Positions 23,349-32,000 of a DNA stretch of 32,000 nucleotides are shown here, piece after piece. The translations under genes were made by a program, and so were the position numbers. Position 1 is the stretch's first letter; the number at the start of each line of letters is the position of its first letter. The stretch spans positions 4,020,001 through 4,052,000 of the forward strand of contig NZ_CP080507.1 of NCBI RefSeq assembly GCF_019464535.1, given 5' to 3'. This DNA comes from Horticoccus luteus (lineage in GTDB: Bacteria; Verrucomicrobiota; Verrucomicrobiia; Opitutales; Opitutaceae). Under the pieces are notes generated by a model that did no database searches, was not told the DNA's origin, and saw only the letters and a list, made by a program, of their open reading frames with translations.

Positions 23349-24833
23349 TCACGCGCGGGCGTTCGCGGGCCAGGGATCGCCGATCCGGTGCAACCACTCC
23401 TGCGTCGCGCGATCAAGCTCCGCCGCGAGCGCCGGTTCCTTTTCGGCGAGGTTGTGGAGTTGGTAACGGTCGTTCTCGTTGTCGAACAACCGCACGCGCG
23501 CTTCACCGTTTGCTCCCAGGCCGGTGACATAGGTGTGCCGATGCGTGCGCACGCCGCGATGTCCGCCGTCGGTCGAATCGAGATAAAAGGCGGAGTCCGG
23601 CCGCTTCGGGCCGGGGCGGCCGAGCAGCAGATCGGCGTAATCCGTGCCTTGGACCTGGCGGGGAATCTGTGTGCGTTGGCCCATCAGCCCGAGGAGCGTG
23701 GGCATCAGATCGGGCGTGCCGAACAAGAGATCGTCGGTGCGGCCGGCGGCGAGGCGGCCGGGCCAGCGGATGATCAACGGAATGCTGAACGCCTCCTCGT
23801 AGGGGTAGGGTTTACTCATCAAGCCCTGGCTGCCCATCATGTCGCCGTGGTCGCTGGTGAAGACGACGATGGTGTCGTCGGCGAGATTGAGGCGGTCGAG
23901 CGTGGCGAGCACGCGGCCGAATTGTTCGTCTACGCCGGTGACGGCGGCGAAGTAGTCGAGCACGGCGTCGCGGGCGTTGGCGCCGATGCCTTCGAGGCGC
24001 ACGTTTTTCCGCTGGAGCAAGTCGCGCCACGAGTGGCCTTGGTAACGTTCGCGCAGACGGGCCGGCACTTTGGCGTAGGGAGGATGCGGCGGATTGAGCG
24101 ACATCCAAAGGGCGAAGGGCTTGGCGGGATCGCGCATCGCACCGCCGGCGTTTTCGAGATAGCGAATGCCGAGGTCGGTCTCGTGCTCGGGCGACCATTC
24201 GTTCACGTAGTGATAGCCGTCGCGCGGGGCGTTGTTGTCCCAATAACGCGGGCGAAGGTGATCATCGTAGGCGTTGTAGCCATACCAGTAGTCGATGTGA
24301 TGACGATCCGCCTTGGGCGTGAACTCATCCCATTTCACGTCGTCCTCGCGGATGTCCTGCGGGATATACGGCGCGTGCGGGTGCGTGAGGTGCCATTTGC
24401 CGATGTAGCCGATGTGGTAGCCGGCGCGATGCAGCACATCCGTCACGCAGTCTTCGTCCCGATGGAGATAGACGGTGGGGCGGGTGGAGTTGCAGTTGTT
24501 GGTGATGCCTGTGGCGCATGGAAACCGGCCGGTCATCATCATGCCGCGCCACGGCGAGCAGACGGGAAACGTCGAGGTGGCGCGCGGCAGATAGAGGCCT
24601 TCGCGCGAGAAGCGATCGATGTGGGGCGTCAGCGCGGGATCTTCGCCGACGAACCCCATCGCCTGCCGGCGCATCTGATCGGGGAAGAAGAAAAGGAGGT
24701 TAGGCGCGCGGGCGGTGGAGGCGGCCGGAGTGGCGGAGGTCGACGGTGCCGACCGAACCCGCGGGAGAAGTGTGCTGGCGGCGAGGAGCGAGGTGCCGGC
24801 GAGCCATTCGCGGCGGCTGAGTCTGGTTTTCAT
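23349..24833 (-). CDS. formylglycine-dependent sulfatase
   Basis: 494 aa from ATG 24833 (MKTRLSRREWLAGTSLLAASTLL, Tat-like signal). Sulfatase signature CSPWRGMMMTGR. LFFFPDQ and FTSDHGDM blocks. Confidence 0.85.
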   Translation of the reverse strand: MKTRLSRREWLAGTSLLAASTLLPRVRSAPSTSATPAASTARAPNLLFFFPDQMRRQAMGFVGEDPALTPHIDRFSREGLYLPRATSTFPVCSPWRGMMMTGRFPCATGITNNCNSTRPTVYLHRDEDCVTDVLHRAGYHIGYIGKWHLTHPHAPYIPQDIREDDVKWDEFTPKADRHHIDYWYGYNAYDDHLRPRYWDNNAPRDGYHYVNEWSPEHETDLGIRYLENAGGAMRDPAKPFALWMSLNPPHPPYAKVPARLRERYQGHSWRDLLQRKNVRLEGIGANARDAVLDYFAAVTGVDEQFGRVLATLDRLNLADDTIVVFTSDHGDMMGSQGLMSKPYPYEEAFSIPLIIRWPGRLAAGRTDDLLFGTPDLMPTLLGLMGQRTQIPRQVQGTDYADLLLGRPGPKRPDSAFYLDSTDGGHRGVRTHRHTYVTGLGANGEARVRLFDNENDRYQLHNLAEKEPALAAELDRATQEWLHRIGDPWPANARA

Positions 24834-24861
24834 GAGATCGAGGGGACGACGGTTGCGAGTT

Positions 24862-26319
24862 TCAAAGCGGCGGCGTGTAATGCGCCGGGCCGCCCAATTT
24901 GAGCCAATGGCGGTTGGCCATGCGGGTGCCGACAAGTGAGAGGGAAGAAAGCACGATCAGCACGATGAAGACAAAACGATAGGGTCCGAGAATCACCGCG
25001 CCGACCCAGGGCACGTGCAAGGTATGACTGAATCCATGCAAGGCGTCGAACAGCCAGCCCGTCGCCGGACCAATGACAGCGGCGATGACGAGTGACTGGA
25101 TCATCGCATTGGCGGAACTGAGCTGGCCCATGCGCAGCGGATGAAAGATGCGTTGCGCGAGCATGCTCTGACTGAGCATCAACATCGGAAAAAACGAACC
25201 CGTGCAGAGCGTGGAAATCAGAAATGAGGTGGGACCGGTGACGAAAAAGAACGAACCCGCGAGCGCGGCGATATAGCCGATGAGGCAGAGCGACATGGTG
25301 CGCAGCGGCCCCCATCGATCGAGCGCCCAGCCGAGAGGAAACGCCAGCGGGATCCAGACAAACGACGCCCAGGAACTGAGCTTGCCCACCTGGTCGAGCG
25401 GCATGGCCAGCTCCTGCTCGGGAAAAAAGACGAGAAACGCCTGCACCACGAGCGCGGCGTAAATCATCATGCGCGCGAGATACGTCCACCAATAGACCGG
25501 CGCGCTGTAGGATTCGGTGACAAAGATTTTCGCGGCGCGCACGAAGCCGCCTGATCCGCCCGCGGCCTTTTCGCGGGGAGTCTCCGCCGGCGGATACTCG
25601 CCCTCGCGCACGAAGCAGCACATGAGCAGGAAGCCGACGCCCGACGCGATGGCCGTGCCGACGAAAATCTCCTTCGTGTGCGTATTCGCCATGCCGAGCA
25701 GCCAGTAGTTGAGGACGAACGTCGCCAGCGAACCGAAGATCCGAAACAGCGAAAGGAAGCGCCCGAGAAATTGCTCCGGCACGACGTCGCGAAACAAATA
25801 GAAATAGATCGACGCCACGACCATGTGGAACCCCTGGAAAAGCACCGCGAGAACGCCGTAGGTGAGGACGACGGGCGACGTGAGCGGCAGGGAAACCCAC
25901 AGCGAACGCACGGCCGGCCAGCGCAGCAGCCAGGCGGTGATCTCGGGCGCATACGGCGTGAGGCCGAGGAACAGAGCAATGAACGGCGACGCCCAGAAGA
26001 GATACGGAATCCGCCGGCCCCAGCGGCTCCGTTTGCGATCGGAACGATAACTGACGACCGGGGTGATGATCAGGTTGAAGAGAGCGGCGATCGAAGCGAC
26101 GATGATCGCGATTTCCTTGTCCGAAGCGCCGTGGCCCTTGAGCACGACCGGCAGAATCCGCGGCTCGAGTTGATCCATCAGCATGAACACGACGTCGCCC
26201 AGCAGCAGCCAGAAGAAGAGCATGCCCAGCCCCAGCTTGGTGTAGGTGAGCGTGCCCACACGGTAAACCGGCCGGTCCGCCGGAGCGGCGAGAGGGGCGG
26301 TCGGGGTGAGCGGAAGCAT
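24862..26319 (-). CDS. MFS/GPH-type (glycoside-pentoside-hexuronide-like) sugar transporter
   Basis: 485 aa, about 12 TM helices, RSDRKRSRWGRRIPYL loop typical of MFS_2/GPH carriers. The overlapping 521-aa ORF (24830-26395) in another frame is Arg-rich junk. Confidence 0.75.
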   Translation of the reverse strand: MLPLTPTAPLAAPADRPVYRVGTLTYTKLGLGMLFFWLLLGDVVFMLMDQLEPRILPVVLKGHGASDKEIAIIVASIAALFNLIITPVVSYRSDRKRSRWGRRIPYLFWASPFIALFLGLTPYAPEITAWLLRWPAVRSLWVSLPLTSPVVLTYGVLAVLFQGFHMVVASIYFYLFRDVVPEQFLGRFLSLFRIFGSLATFVLNYWLLGMANTHTKEIFVGTAIASGVGFLLMCCFVREGEYPPAETPREKAAGGSGGFVRAAKIFVTESYSAPVYWWTYLARMMIYAALVVQAFLVFFPEQELAMPLDQVGKLSSWASFVWIPLAFPLGWALDRWGPLRTMSLCLIGYIAALAGSFFFVTGPTSFLISTLCTGSFFPMLMLSQSMLAQRIFHPLRMGQLSSANAMIQSLVIAAVIGPATGWLFDALHGFSHTLHVPWVGAVILGPYRFVFIVLIVLSSLSLVGTRMANRHWLKLGGPAHYTPPL

Positions 26320-26343
26320 GGCGGGTCAGGCGCGGACCGCGGA

Positions 26344-27771
26344 TCACGCCGCGCCGGCAACCAGCGGAAAATCGTCGTGGGTGCGCTGCGCCCACGCCGC
26401 CAACAGCGCGCGGTGGCGGCGGATTTCGCCGGCGAGCGCGGGCTCGTGAACGAGGTTGCGCGATTCGCGCGGATCGAGACCGAGATCAAAGAACTGCTCG
26501 CGATGCGCGCCTTCGGAATAGGCGATGTATTTGTAACGGTCCGTGCGCGCCATGCGGCCCATGATGCCGGACGACTCATCGTTTTTCTGCAGGTGAAATT
26601 CCGTCTCCGCGATGAGGTGATCGCGCCACGGCGTGTTGAGCGTGCGCGCGCTTTCAACGAGCGGACGCAGGCTGCGGCCCGGACAAACCTCGGGCTGCGC
26701 GGCGCCGGTGTAGTCACAGAGCGTCGGCAGGAAATCCAGGCCCAGCGAGACGAGGTGCTCGTTGTCCGCCCGGCCGCGACCGGAGATTCCCGGGCCGGCC
26801 ATGATCAAGGGCACGCGGACCGATTCTTCGTAGAGCACGCTCTTTTGATTCCAAAGATGCGAGGCGCCGCCATCGCCGTGATCGCTCGAAAAAATCACCA
26901 CCGTATCGCGTTCGCGCCCGGCGGCGGCGAGTGACTCGAGCAGGCGGCCGACGAGCGCGTCCGACTTTTCGACGAGGCGATGGTAGGCCCAGATATAGCG
27001 CCGCCATTGGTCGTCGCCCCAGCCGGCCGTGGGATAGACGCGCGGCGTGAGTTGCTTGATGCGCGCGAGCGCCGCGGGTTCGTCGGGCAACAACGCGTGA
27101 TTCGGTGGCAACGGCGGACAGAGCGCGGGGGACGGCGCGGGCGGCAGATCGCCGTTGGGCAGCGGCTGGTCGCGGGCGTATTCGCAGGCGTCATGCGGAT
27201 TGATGAGCGCGGCGACGAGAAAGAGCGGATTCTTCCGGCGCTGGCGCAGGATCGCGTCGCACGGCTGCAGCACCAGATCGTCACGGCCTTCGTTGGTGAT
27301 GCCGCGCATGTCCGCGAACCCATGCAACGCGACATCGTCCGGCTGGATCGGCACATGCCATTTGCCGACGTAGGCGGTGTCGTAACCGGCGGAGGCGGCG
27401 AGGCGGCCGATGGTGGGCGTGCCGGCCGGCAGGAGCGGCTCACGGTTGTTGACGCGGATACCAAAGCGACGTGGCGCCTGGCCGGTCATCAGGCAGGTGC
27501 GCGACGGCAGACAAAGCGGTTGAAAGGCATACGCGCGCTCGAATCTCACGCCGCGCGCCGCGAGGCTGTCCATCGCCGGCGTGCGCAGCCCGAGGGCGCC
27601 CGCGCAACTGAGCGCATCAGCTTGTTGCTGGTCGGTGAAGATGAAGAAAACGTTGGGTCGGTCGCGCCGTGCTTCAGGGGAAACGAGCGCGGGCCCGCCA
27701 CGCAAACGCGGACCGAGGGCGGCCGCGCCGGCGGCGAAAGCGGAGGTCTGGAGAAAGTGGCGGCGGTTCAT
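26344..27771 (-). CDS. formylglycine-dependent sulfatase
   Basis: 475 aa. Tat-type signal MNRRHFLQTSAFAAGAAALG. Signature CLPSRTCLMTGQ. FFIFTDQQ and FSSDHGDG blocks. Confidence 0.9.
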   Translation of the reverse strand: MNRRHFLQTSAFAAGAAALGPRLRGGPALVSPEARRDRPNVFFIFTDQQQADALSCAGALGLRTPAMDSLAARGVRFERAYAFQPLCLPSRTCLMTGQAPRRFGIRVNNREPLLPAGTPTIGRLAASAGYDTAYVGKWHVPIQPDDVALHGFADMRGITNEGRDDLVLQPCDAILRQRRKNPLFLVAALINPHDACEYARDQPLPNGDLPPAPSPALCPPLPPNHALLPDEPAALARIKQLTPRVYPTAGWGDDQWRRYIWAYHRLVEKSDALVGRLLESLAAAGRERDTVVIFSSDHGDGGASHLWNQKSVLYEESVRVPLIMAGPGISGRGRADNEHLVSLGLDFLPTLCDYTGAAQPEVCPGRSLRPLVESARTLNTPWRDHLIAETEFHLQKNDESSGIMGRMARTDRYKYIAYSEGAHREQFFDLGLDPRESRNLVHEPALAGEIRRHRALLAAWAQRTHDDFPLVAGAA

Positions 27772-27786
27772 CGGGATGACGGGGGT

Positions 27787-30700
27787 TCAGGGTTGGACGG
27801 CCAGAGCGACTTCGACGGGCTGGCCGTCGCGGCAGGTGAGTTCCAGCGTCGTTTGTCCCGCTTCCACGGCCACGACCGCGACGCGGGCGTCGGGCTGAGC
27901 AAGTCGATAGTCTCCGACCACGGTCACGCGCACACGGGATGGCGCGCTGGCGGCGCGAAACCATTTGCGCGAGTAAATGCTGACTTCGCGTTGGCGGCCC
28001 GCGGCATCATACTGATCGGCCTCCGTGCCGGCGTAGAGATGAAGATCGGGGTCGCACACGCTGAGCGTGGCCGTCGCTTGATCGATGTGCAGCATGACGA
28101 TGGCCGGCGTATCCACCGCGGCGATGGGGAGGCCGGTGTGGTTGATCGGTTCAAAGCAGGCCGCGGCGAGAATGCCGGTCGCGCGGTCGCGCACGATGTG
28201 CGCATCGTGGTCGCGGCGCAAAATGGTGAACGGAGCCGTGTCGGGCTGGCGAAGCGCGGCGGTGAAGGCCGAGCGGCGTTGCTCGGAGGGTTGCACGAGG
28301 ATAGCGTAGGCGTAGCCGGCGCTTTTCGGCGCACTGCCGTGGTCAAGCCACGCGAGGGCGAAGTCGCCGGTCGTGTCGCGCTTGTCGTTTTGGCTGCGTG
28401 AGGATTGCGGGCCGGTGGTGACACGCAGGGTCGAACCGGGGAACACGTAGTAAACATTGCCAATCGTGTCCGCGACGGAGACAGCGGCGGGGTCGCGGCG
28501 GTCGGGTGAAAGAGCGGCGGCGCCGGAGGGGACATGTTGTTGAAACAACGTCGTGCGGGTTTCGTGCGCGGTGTCGGCATCGGTGATATCGGAGCCGAGC
28601 AGCACCACGCGATCGTCGAAGAAGAAGACGGATTTGCGCGCGCGGAACGAGCCGTCGTATTTGGCGTGTTCGTGCAGCTTCATCGCGAAGACACCGTTGC
28701 GGCCGCCGAGATTGCTGCCGCCGGCAAACGCCTCGTCGCTGATGAGCATCTCCTCGAAACCGCTGTAGATATCGACGTTGTTCACGCGGTCGCGGAGCAG
28801 GTCGATCGGGAGGTGAATCGCGGTCGTGCCCGGCCAGCAATTCCAGTCCCAGCCGGCCTCGGCAAAGCCGCTGTCGAAGAGGTTGATGGGATCGCCGGCG
28901 GCGAGGATTTCCACGTGGCCGTAGGCGTTGTAGCGACCGAAGGTGTTCGCGCCGGGATAGACTTCGGAGCCCCAGAGGTAGCGACTGAAGCCGCGGGCGG
29001 TGACGAGCCAGTTGGCGCGACGATGGGCGACCGTGGTGGCATAGCTCAGCGTGAGGTTGCCGGTGGGCGGCGCCTCGGGCGCGATCGGCGCGCGGAGGGC
29101 TGGCGTGAAATCGTCCTCCGGGGCATCGGCGCTCGGCACGGCGCGGCGATAGAGTGCCACGGCGGCGGAGAGTTTCGGTTTGCCGTGCGCGGATTTGGCG
29201 TCGGCGTCGGCCAGACGGCGCCAGACTTCGGCGACCTCGCGATCGAGTGATGCACGGCCGTCGGGCGTGCCCGAGAGGGCGAGAAAAAGATACGGCTCGG
29301 GACTGAGGCTGAACTCCGCATTCGGGTGGCGCCCGGAGAGACTGAGCGGCCATTGGAGAACGTTGCACTGGAAACGCAGATTGAGCATCGCGCGCCGCAG
29401 GCTCGCATGGCCGGCCTCCGGCACGCGCAGCGGCGTGTTGGCGAGCAGCCAGAGCGCCTCGGTCGCGCCGCGAATCCCGCCTTCCGCATAAGCCGGATAG
29501 TGGTTGCCGTGGTGGAGGATGCTGCCGTCGGCCTTGATGCCGCCGTTGAGACCCTGACTCGGCTCCAACGCGCGACCGAGCCAGTGCGAGGTGGCGGTGA
29601 GCGCGCGGACGCGACGAGTGTCGTCGGGCATCAGGAGTTGCGCGGCGATCTGACCGAGGAGCGTCGTGTTGAGCGTGTCGATACTGATACCGTTGACCTC
29701 GTCCAGGGGAACGTAGGCTTTGCCCACGCCGCTGAACCACGCCATCATGCGTTGGACTTCCTCCAGCCGTCCGCTGTCGCGCAGCGCGTCGCGCATCAGG
29801 AAAAATGCCGCATAGAAGTGGCGGGTGCTGTAGCCGAGATGATGAAGGGTCCCCATGCCGCTGCCGTCGGCCCAGCCTTGGTCGAGCAGGTGATCGGTCA
29901 GGTCGAAAAACATGCGACGCAACTCCGCGGACTGCGTTTCGTCCGTTGTGCCGCGACTGGCCTGTGCCACGCCGAAAAGCAGTGTGGCGTAGCTTTGCAG
30001 CCCGTCCTTCGCGCCGGCCTCGGCCAATTCGACGGAGCCCGCCGGATAGGCGACTTTCTCGTGCGGATACGCGATGGGCCGCCCGCGGATGCCGGCGGGC
30101 GTGCGGCGGATTTTCCACGTCGCAAAACGTTTTTGGAGGTTCGCCAGCAAGGCCGGGGTGGTCGGCGGGACGGCACCGAGGAGCTCCGTGTAGCGTTGGG
30201 TGACAGTGGCCACGGCGGCGCTCGCCGCGGGCGTCACCGCCCCGTCGGGCAACGGCGCGCGATCAAAGCGCCAGAGACCAAGCCAGTGGTCGTTGGCGTC
30301 GGTCGGCAGGCAGGTGCCAACGAACGGAACCTGCCGGTCGCGCGTGGCATGACGGGCGTCGATCGGCTGGGAAAACACGAGGGAGTCGATGAACACGGTG
30401 CCGCTTCCACCGCTTTCCGGTGCGACGATGCGCAACGTATCCATGTCCGTCCGCGGCTTCCCCTGCATGTCGCGCTCGTAGGCCACCCAGCAGGTGCGCC
30501 AGCCGGTGAAGTCCAGGCCGAAGTCGAACCAGCAGTCGCGCTCGCCGCCGCGACCGAAGGCGAACCGCAATTTCCCGTCCGGGCGCCGCACGGGGTTGTA
30601 GATCCAGACGACGAAGGTGCTCAGCGCGTTGGAGGTCGCGTCGGGCGTCAGGGCCTTGAACGCAATCGGGTGATGAAACGTCAGGACGCCGCCCGGCTGC

Positions 30701-30921
30701 CAGTCCCAGCGCAGGCTTTGCGCGCCATATTTGGCATGCTCCGTCGATGGCGCCGCCGTCGAGTGCGCGTCGGCCGCGACCGCCGCGGGCAGCGCGGATT
30801 CTTCGAAGGAAAGCACGCCAGCGGAGGCGGGGGACGCGGCACGTAACAGGGCCGGCGTCAGCAGCAGGAGAACGCCAAGGGCCGCGTGGCGGGCATGCGT
30901 GGAAACGGGGCGGGGTCGCAT
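27787..30921 (-). CDS. chondroitin sulfate ABC lyase-like polysaccharide lyase (PL8, chondroitinase ABC I type)
   Basis: 1044 aa from ATG 30921 (MRPRPVSTHARHAALGVLLLLTPALLRA signal; the track start at 31101 is a TTG). Many blocks match Proteus vulgaris chondroitinase ABC I as I recall it. SLRWDWQPGG vs SLLWKWKGGS; LDFTGWR in both; HLLDQGWADGS..HHLGYSTR vs HLLDQGFVKGS..HHWGYSSR; DGSILHHGNHYPAY vs DGTAWRHEGNYPGY; GRHP in both; FGRYNAYGH vs YGRYQSHGV; GWDWNCWPGTTAIHLP vs GWDWNRMQGATTIHLP; TTLFQ in both; AWLDH vs AWIDH. Confidence 0.9.
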   Translation of the reverse strand: MRPRPVSTHARHAALGVLLLLTPALLRAASPASAGVLSFEESALPAAVAADAHSTAAPSTEHAKYGAQSLRWDWQPGGVLTFHHPIAFKALTPDATSNALSTFVVWIYNPVRRPDGKLRFAFGRGGERDCWFDFGLDFTGWRTCWVAYERDMQGKPRTDMDTLRIVAPESGGSGTVFIDSLVFSQPIDARHATRDRQVPFVGTCLPTDANDHWLGLWRFDRAPLPDGAVTPAASAAVATVTQRYTELLGAVPPTTPALLANLQKRFATWKIRRTPAGIRGRPIAYPHEKVAYPAGSVELAEAGAKDGLQSYATLLFGVAQASRGTTDETQSAELRRMFFDLTDHLLDQGWADGSGMGTLHHLGYSTRHFYAAFFLMRDALRDSGRLEEVQRMMAWFSGVGKAYVPLDEVNGISIDTLNTTLLGQIAAQLLMPDDTRRVRALTATSHWLGRALEPSQGLNGGIKADGSILHHGNHYPAYAEGGIRGATEALWLLANTPLRVPEAGHASLRRAMLNLRFQCNVLQWPLSLSGRHPNAEFSLSPEPYLFLALSGTPDGRASLDREVAEVWRRLADADAKSAHGKPKLSAAVALYRRAVPSADAPEDDFTPALRAPIAPEAPPTGNLTLSYATTVAHRRANWLVTARGFSRYLWGSEVYPGANTFGRYNAYGHVEILAAGDPINLFDSGFAEAGWDWNCWPGTTAIHLPIDLLRDRVNNVDIYSGFEEMLISDEAFAGGSNLGGRNGVFAMKLHEHAKYDGSFRARKSVFFFDDRVVLLGSDITDADTAHETRTTLFQQHVPSGAAALSPDRRDPAAVSVADTIGNVYYVFPGSTLRVTTGPQSSRSQNDKRDTTGDFALAWLDHGSAPKSAGYAYAILVQPSEQRRSAFTAALRQPDTAPFTILRRDHDAHIVRDRATGILAAACFEPINHTGLPIAAVDTPAIVMLHIDQATATLSVCDPDLHLYAGTEADQYDAAGRQREVSIYSRKWFRAASAPSRVRVTVVGDYRLAQPDARVAVVAVEAGQTTLELTCRDGQPVEVALAVQP

Positions 30922-31086
30922 GAAAGCAACAGGCTCCCATTCGTCCGCCGCCTCAATGACCAAGCGACTAACGCCGTTCAGTAGCCGCCGCTGGGATGGC
31001 GTATCGGCCAGACCGCGGAGCGCTTGACGGTGCCGAAGGAAGATCAACCGGCCCTGCGCCCGCGTCGAACTGCGAGCGAACGGTTG

Positions 31087-31129
31087 AATCGAATATGGCA
31101 AAACATGTCGTTTCTTGACATATTCGATT
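31087..31129. promoter_or_regulatory. perfect 11-bp inverted repeat AATCGAATATG-N21-CATATTCGATT
   Basis: Read directly; arms at 31087-31097 and 31119-31129. It lies in an AT-rich patch of the 228-bp divergent region between the lyase operon and the nucleotidyltransferase gene. The spacer contains ACATGT and a TTGACA hexamer (31115-31120). Confidence 0.5.
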
Positions 31130-31149
31130 TACGCGGGCACACGTCGCTC

Positions 31150-32000
31150 ATGTCTGATTCCCCAACCTCGAACTCTGCGCCCGCCCTGCTGATCCTTGCC
31201 GCGGGCATGGGCAGTCGCTACGGCGGACTGAAGCAGATCGATCCCGTCGGGCCGGGCGGTGAGGCGGTGCTGGACTATTCGGTTTACGACGCACTCGCGG
31301 CCGGATTTGGAAAACTCGTTTTCGTGATCCGCCGCGATTTCGAGTCGGCGTTTCGGGAAAAAGTGGGCCGGCGGTTCGAGGCGCGCGCTGACGTCCGCTA
31401 CGTTTTTCAAGAGCGCGATGCCCTGCCCGGCGACCACGCGGTGGCGGCGGAACGGGAAAAACCGTGGGGGACCGGCCATGCGGTGTGGTGCGCGCGGGCG
31501 GAACTCACGGAACCGTTTGCGGTGATCAATGCCGATGATTTTTACGGCGCCGATTCGTTCCGCCAACTGGGCCGGTTTCTCGCCGCGACCAACCCGGCCG
31601 GCCAGCCCGCCCATTGCTGCATGATCGGCTTCAGGCTCGCGAAGACGTTGTCGGAGTTCGGCGCGGTTTCACGCGGCATTTGCACGGTCGATGCCGACCA
31701 TCACCTCACGGCGGTGAACGAGGCCACGGGCATCGAGCGCGCGCACGTAGCGGGCCACGGTGGCGCCGGGACACCACTCTTCACGGGTGACGAAATCGTC
31801 TCGATGAATTGCTGGGGTTTCACACCGGGCGTCCTCGCCTCGGTGGAGCGGCAATTGAGCGCGTTTCTCGCGGCCCACGGGCGGGAGTTGAAATCGGAAT
31901 TTTATCTGCCGTCCGCGGTGACCGGTTTAATCGACACCGGCGAAGCGGTGGTCACGGTGCTGCCGACGGCGGCCGCTTGGTTTGGCGTGACTTACCGGGA
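31150..32000 (+). CDS. sugar-phosphate nucleotidyltransferase family protein, 5' part (runs off the right edge)
   Basis: Absent from the ORF track because it has no stop in the window. My translation from ATG 31150: MSDSPTSNSAPALLILAAGMGSRYGGLKQIDPVGPGGEAVLDYSVYDALAAGFGKLVFVIRRDF...EKPWGTGHAVWCARAELTEPFAVINADDFYG... The LxxAAGxGSRxGG.K pyrophosphorylase loop and the GTGHA/NADD blocks are typical. The frame stays open to position 32000 and GC3 is high. Confidence 0.75.
   Translation, partial: MSDSPTSNSAPALLILAAGMGSRYGGLKQIDPVGPGGEAVLDYSVYDALAAGFGKLVFVIRRDFESAFREKVGRRFEARADVRYVFQERDALPGDHAVAAEREKPWGTGHAVWCARAELTEPFAVINADDFYGADSFRQLGRFLAATNPAGQPAHCCMIGFRLAKTLSEFGAVSRGICTVDADHHLTAVNEATGIERAHVAGHGGAGTPLFTGDEIVSMNCWGFTPGVLASVERQLSAFLAAHGRELKSEFYLPSAVTGLIDTGEAVVTVLPTAAAWFGVTYR

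Noticed and set aside
23388-30846. ORFs 23388-24902(+), 24830-26395(-), 25678-26934(+), 26980-28401(+), 28343-30118(-) and 29326-30846(+), overlapping the sulfatase, MFS and lyase genes
   Set aside because: They are out-of-frame or antisense shadows of four well-supported genes. The compositions are Arg/Gly/Asp/His-rich with no hydrophobic core or catalytic motifs.
1-32000. Search for tRNA, rRNA, CRISPR repeats, IS or transposase genes, integrases, toxin-antitoxin pairs and long direct repeats
   Set aside because: Reading both strands by eye, I found no T-loop-like GGTTCGAATCC motifs, no regularly spaced repeats, no transposase or integrase-like ORFs and no terminal inverted repeats. The window looks like core chromosome rather than a mobile island.

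Overview
High-GC (~65%) bacterial chromosomal window with dense coding, almost no Shine-Dalgarno sequences and many 4-nt start/stop overlaps. The style resembles Verrucomicrobia/Opitutaceae, but that taxonomic guess is inference only. I found no rRNA, tRNA, CRISPR array or mobile element. Four functional blocks are visible. (1) 258-4275 (-): an amino-sugar/uronate operon (nagB, nagA, ExuT-like MFS transporter, ribokinase), preceded by the 3' end of a class I aldolase gene. (2) 4822-17159: a clade II (Sec-type) nitrous-oxide reductase cluster (azurin-like lipoprotein, nosZ, nosB, nosD, nosF, nosY). It faces, across a 144-bp region holding two perfect TTGAT-N4-ATCAA (FNR/Dnr-type) boxes, a six-gene minus-strand set. 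That set encodes a CusF-Sco fusion, a small Cys protein, a TonB-dependent receptor, a BNR beta-propeller with His/Met and Cys/His motifs, a TlpA-like thioredoxin and a CopD-like membrane protein. I read it as a candidate dedicated copper import and insertion route for NosZ, and it is the most interesting thing in the window. (3) 17192-23204: cysK, a divergent MarR and ClC-CBS channel pair, and an ATP-cone plus RTPR-like class II (B12) ribonucleotide reductase. (4) 23349-30921 (-): a glycosaminoglycan operon (chondroitinase ABC-like PL8 lyase, two formylglycine-type sulfatases, GPH/MFS transporter). It diverges from a nucleotidyltransferase gene that runs off the right edge and is absent from the ORF track. 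Most other long ORFs in the track are antisense or out-of-frame shadows typical of high-GC DNA. All family assignments come from motif recognition by eye, with no database search run.
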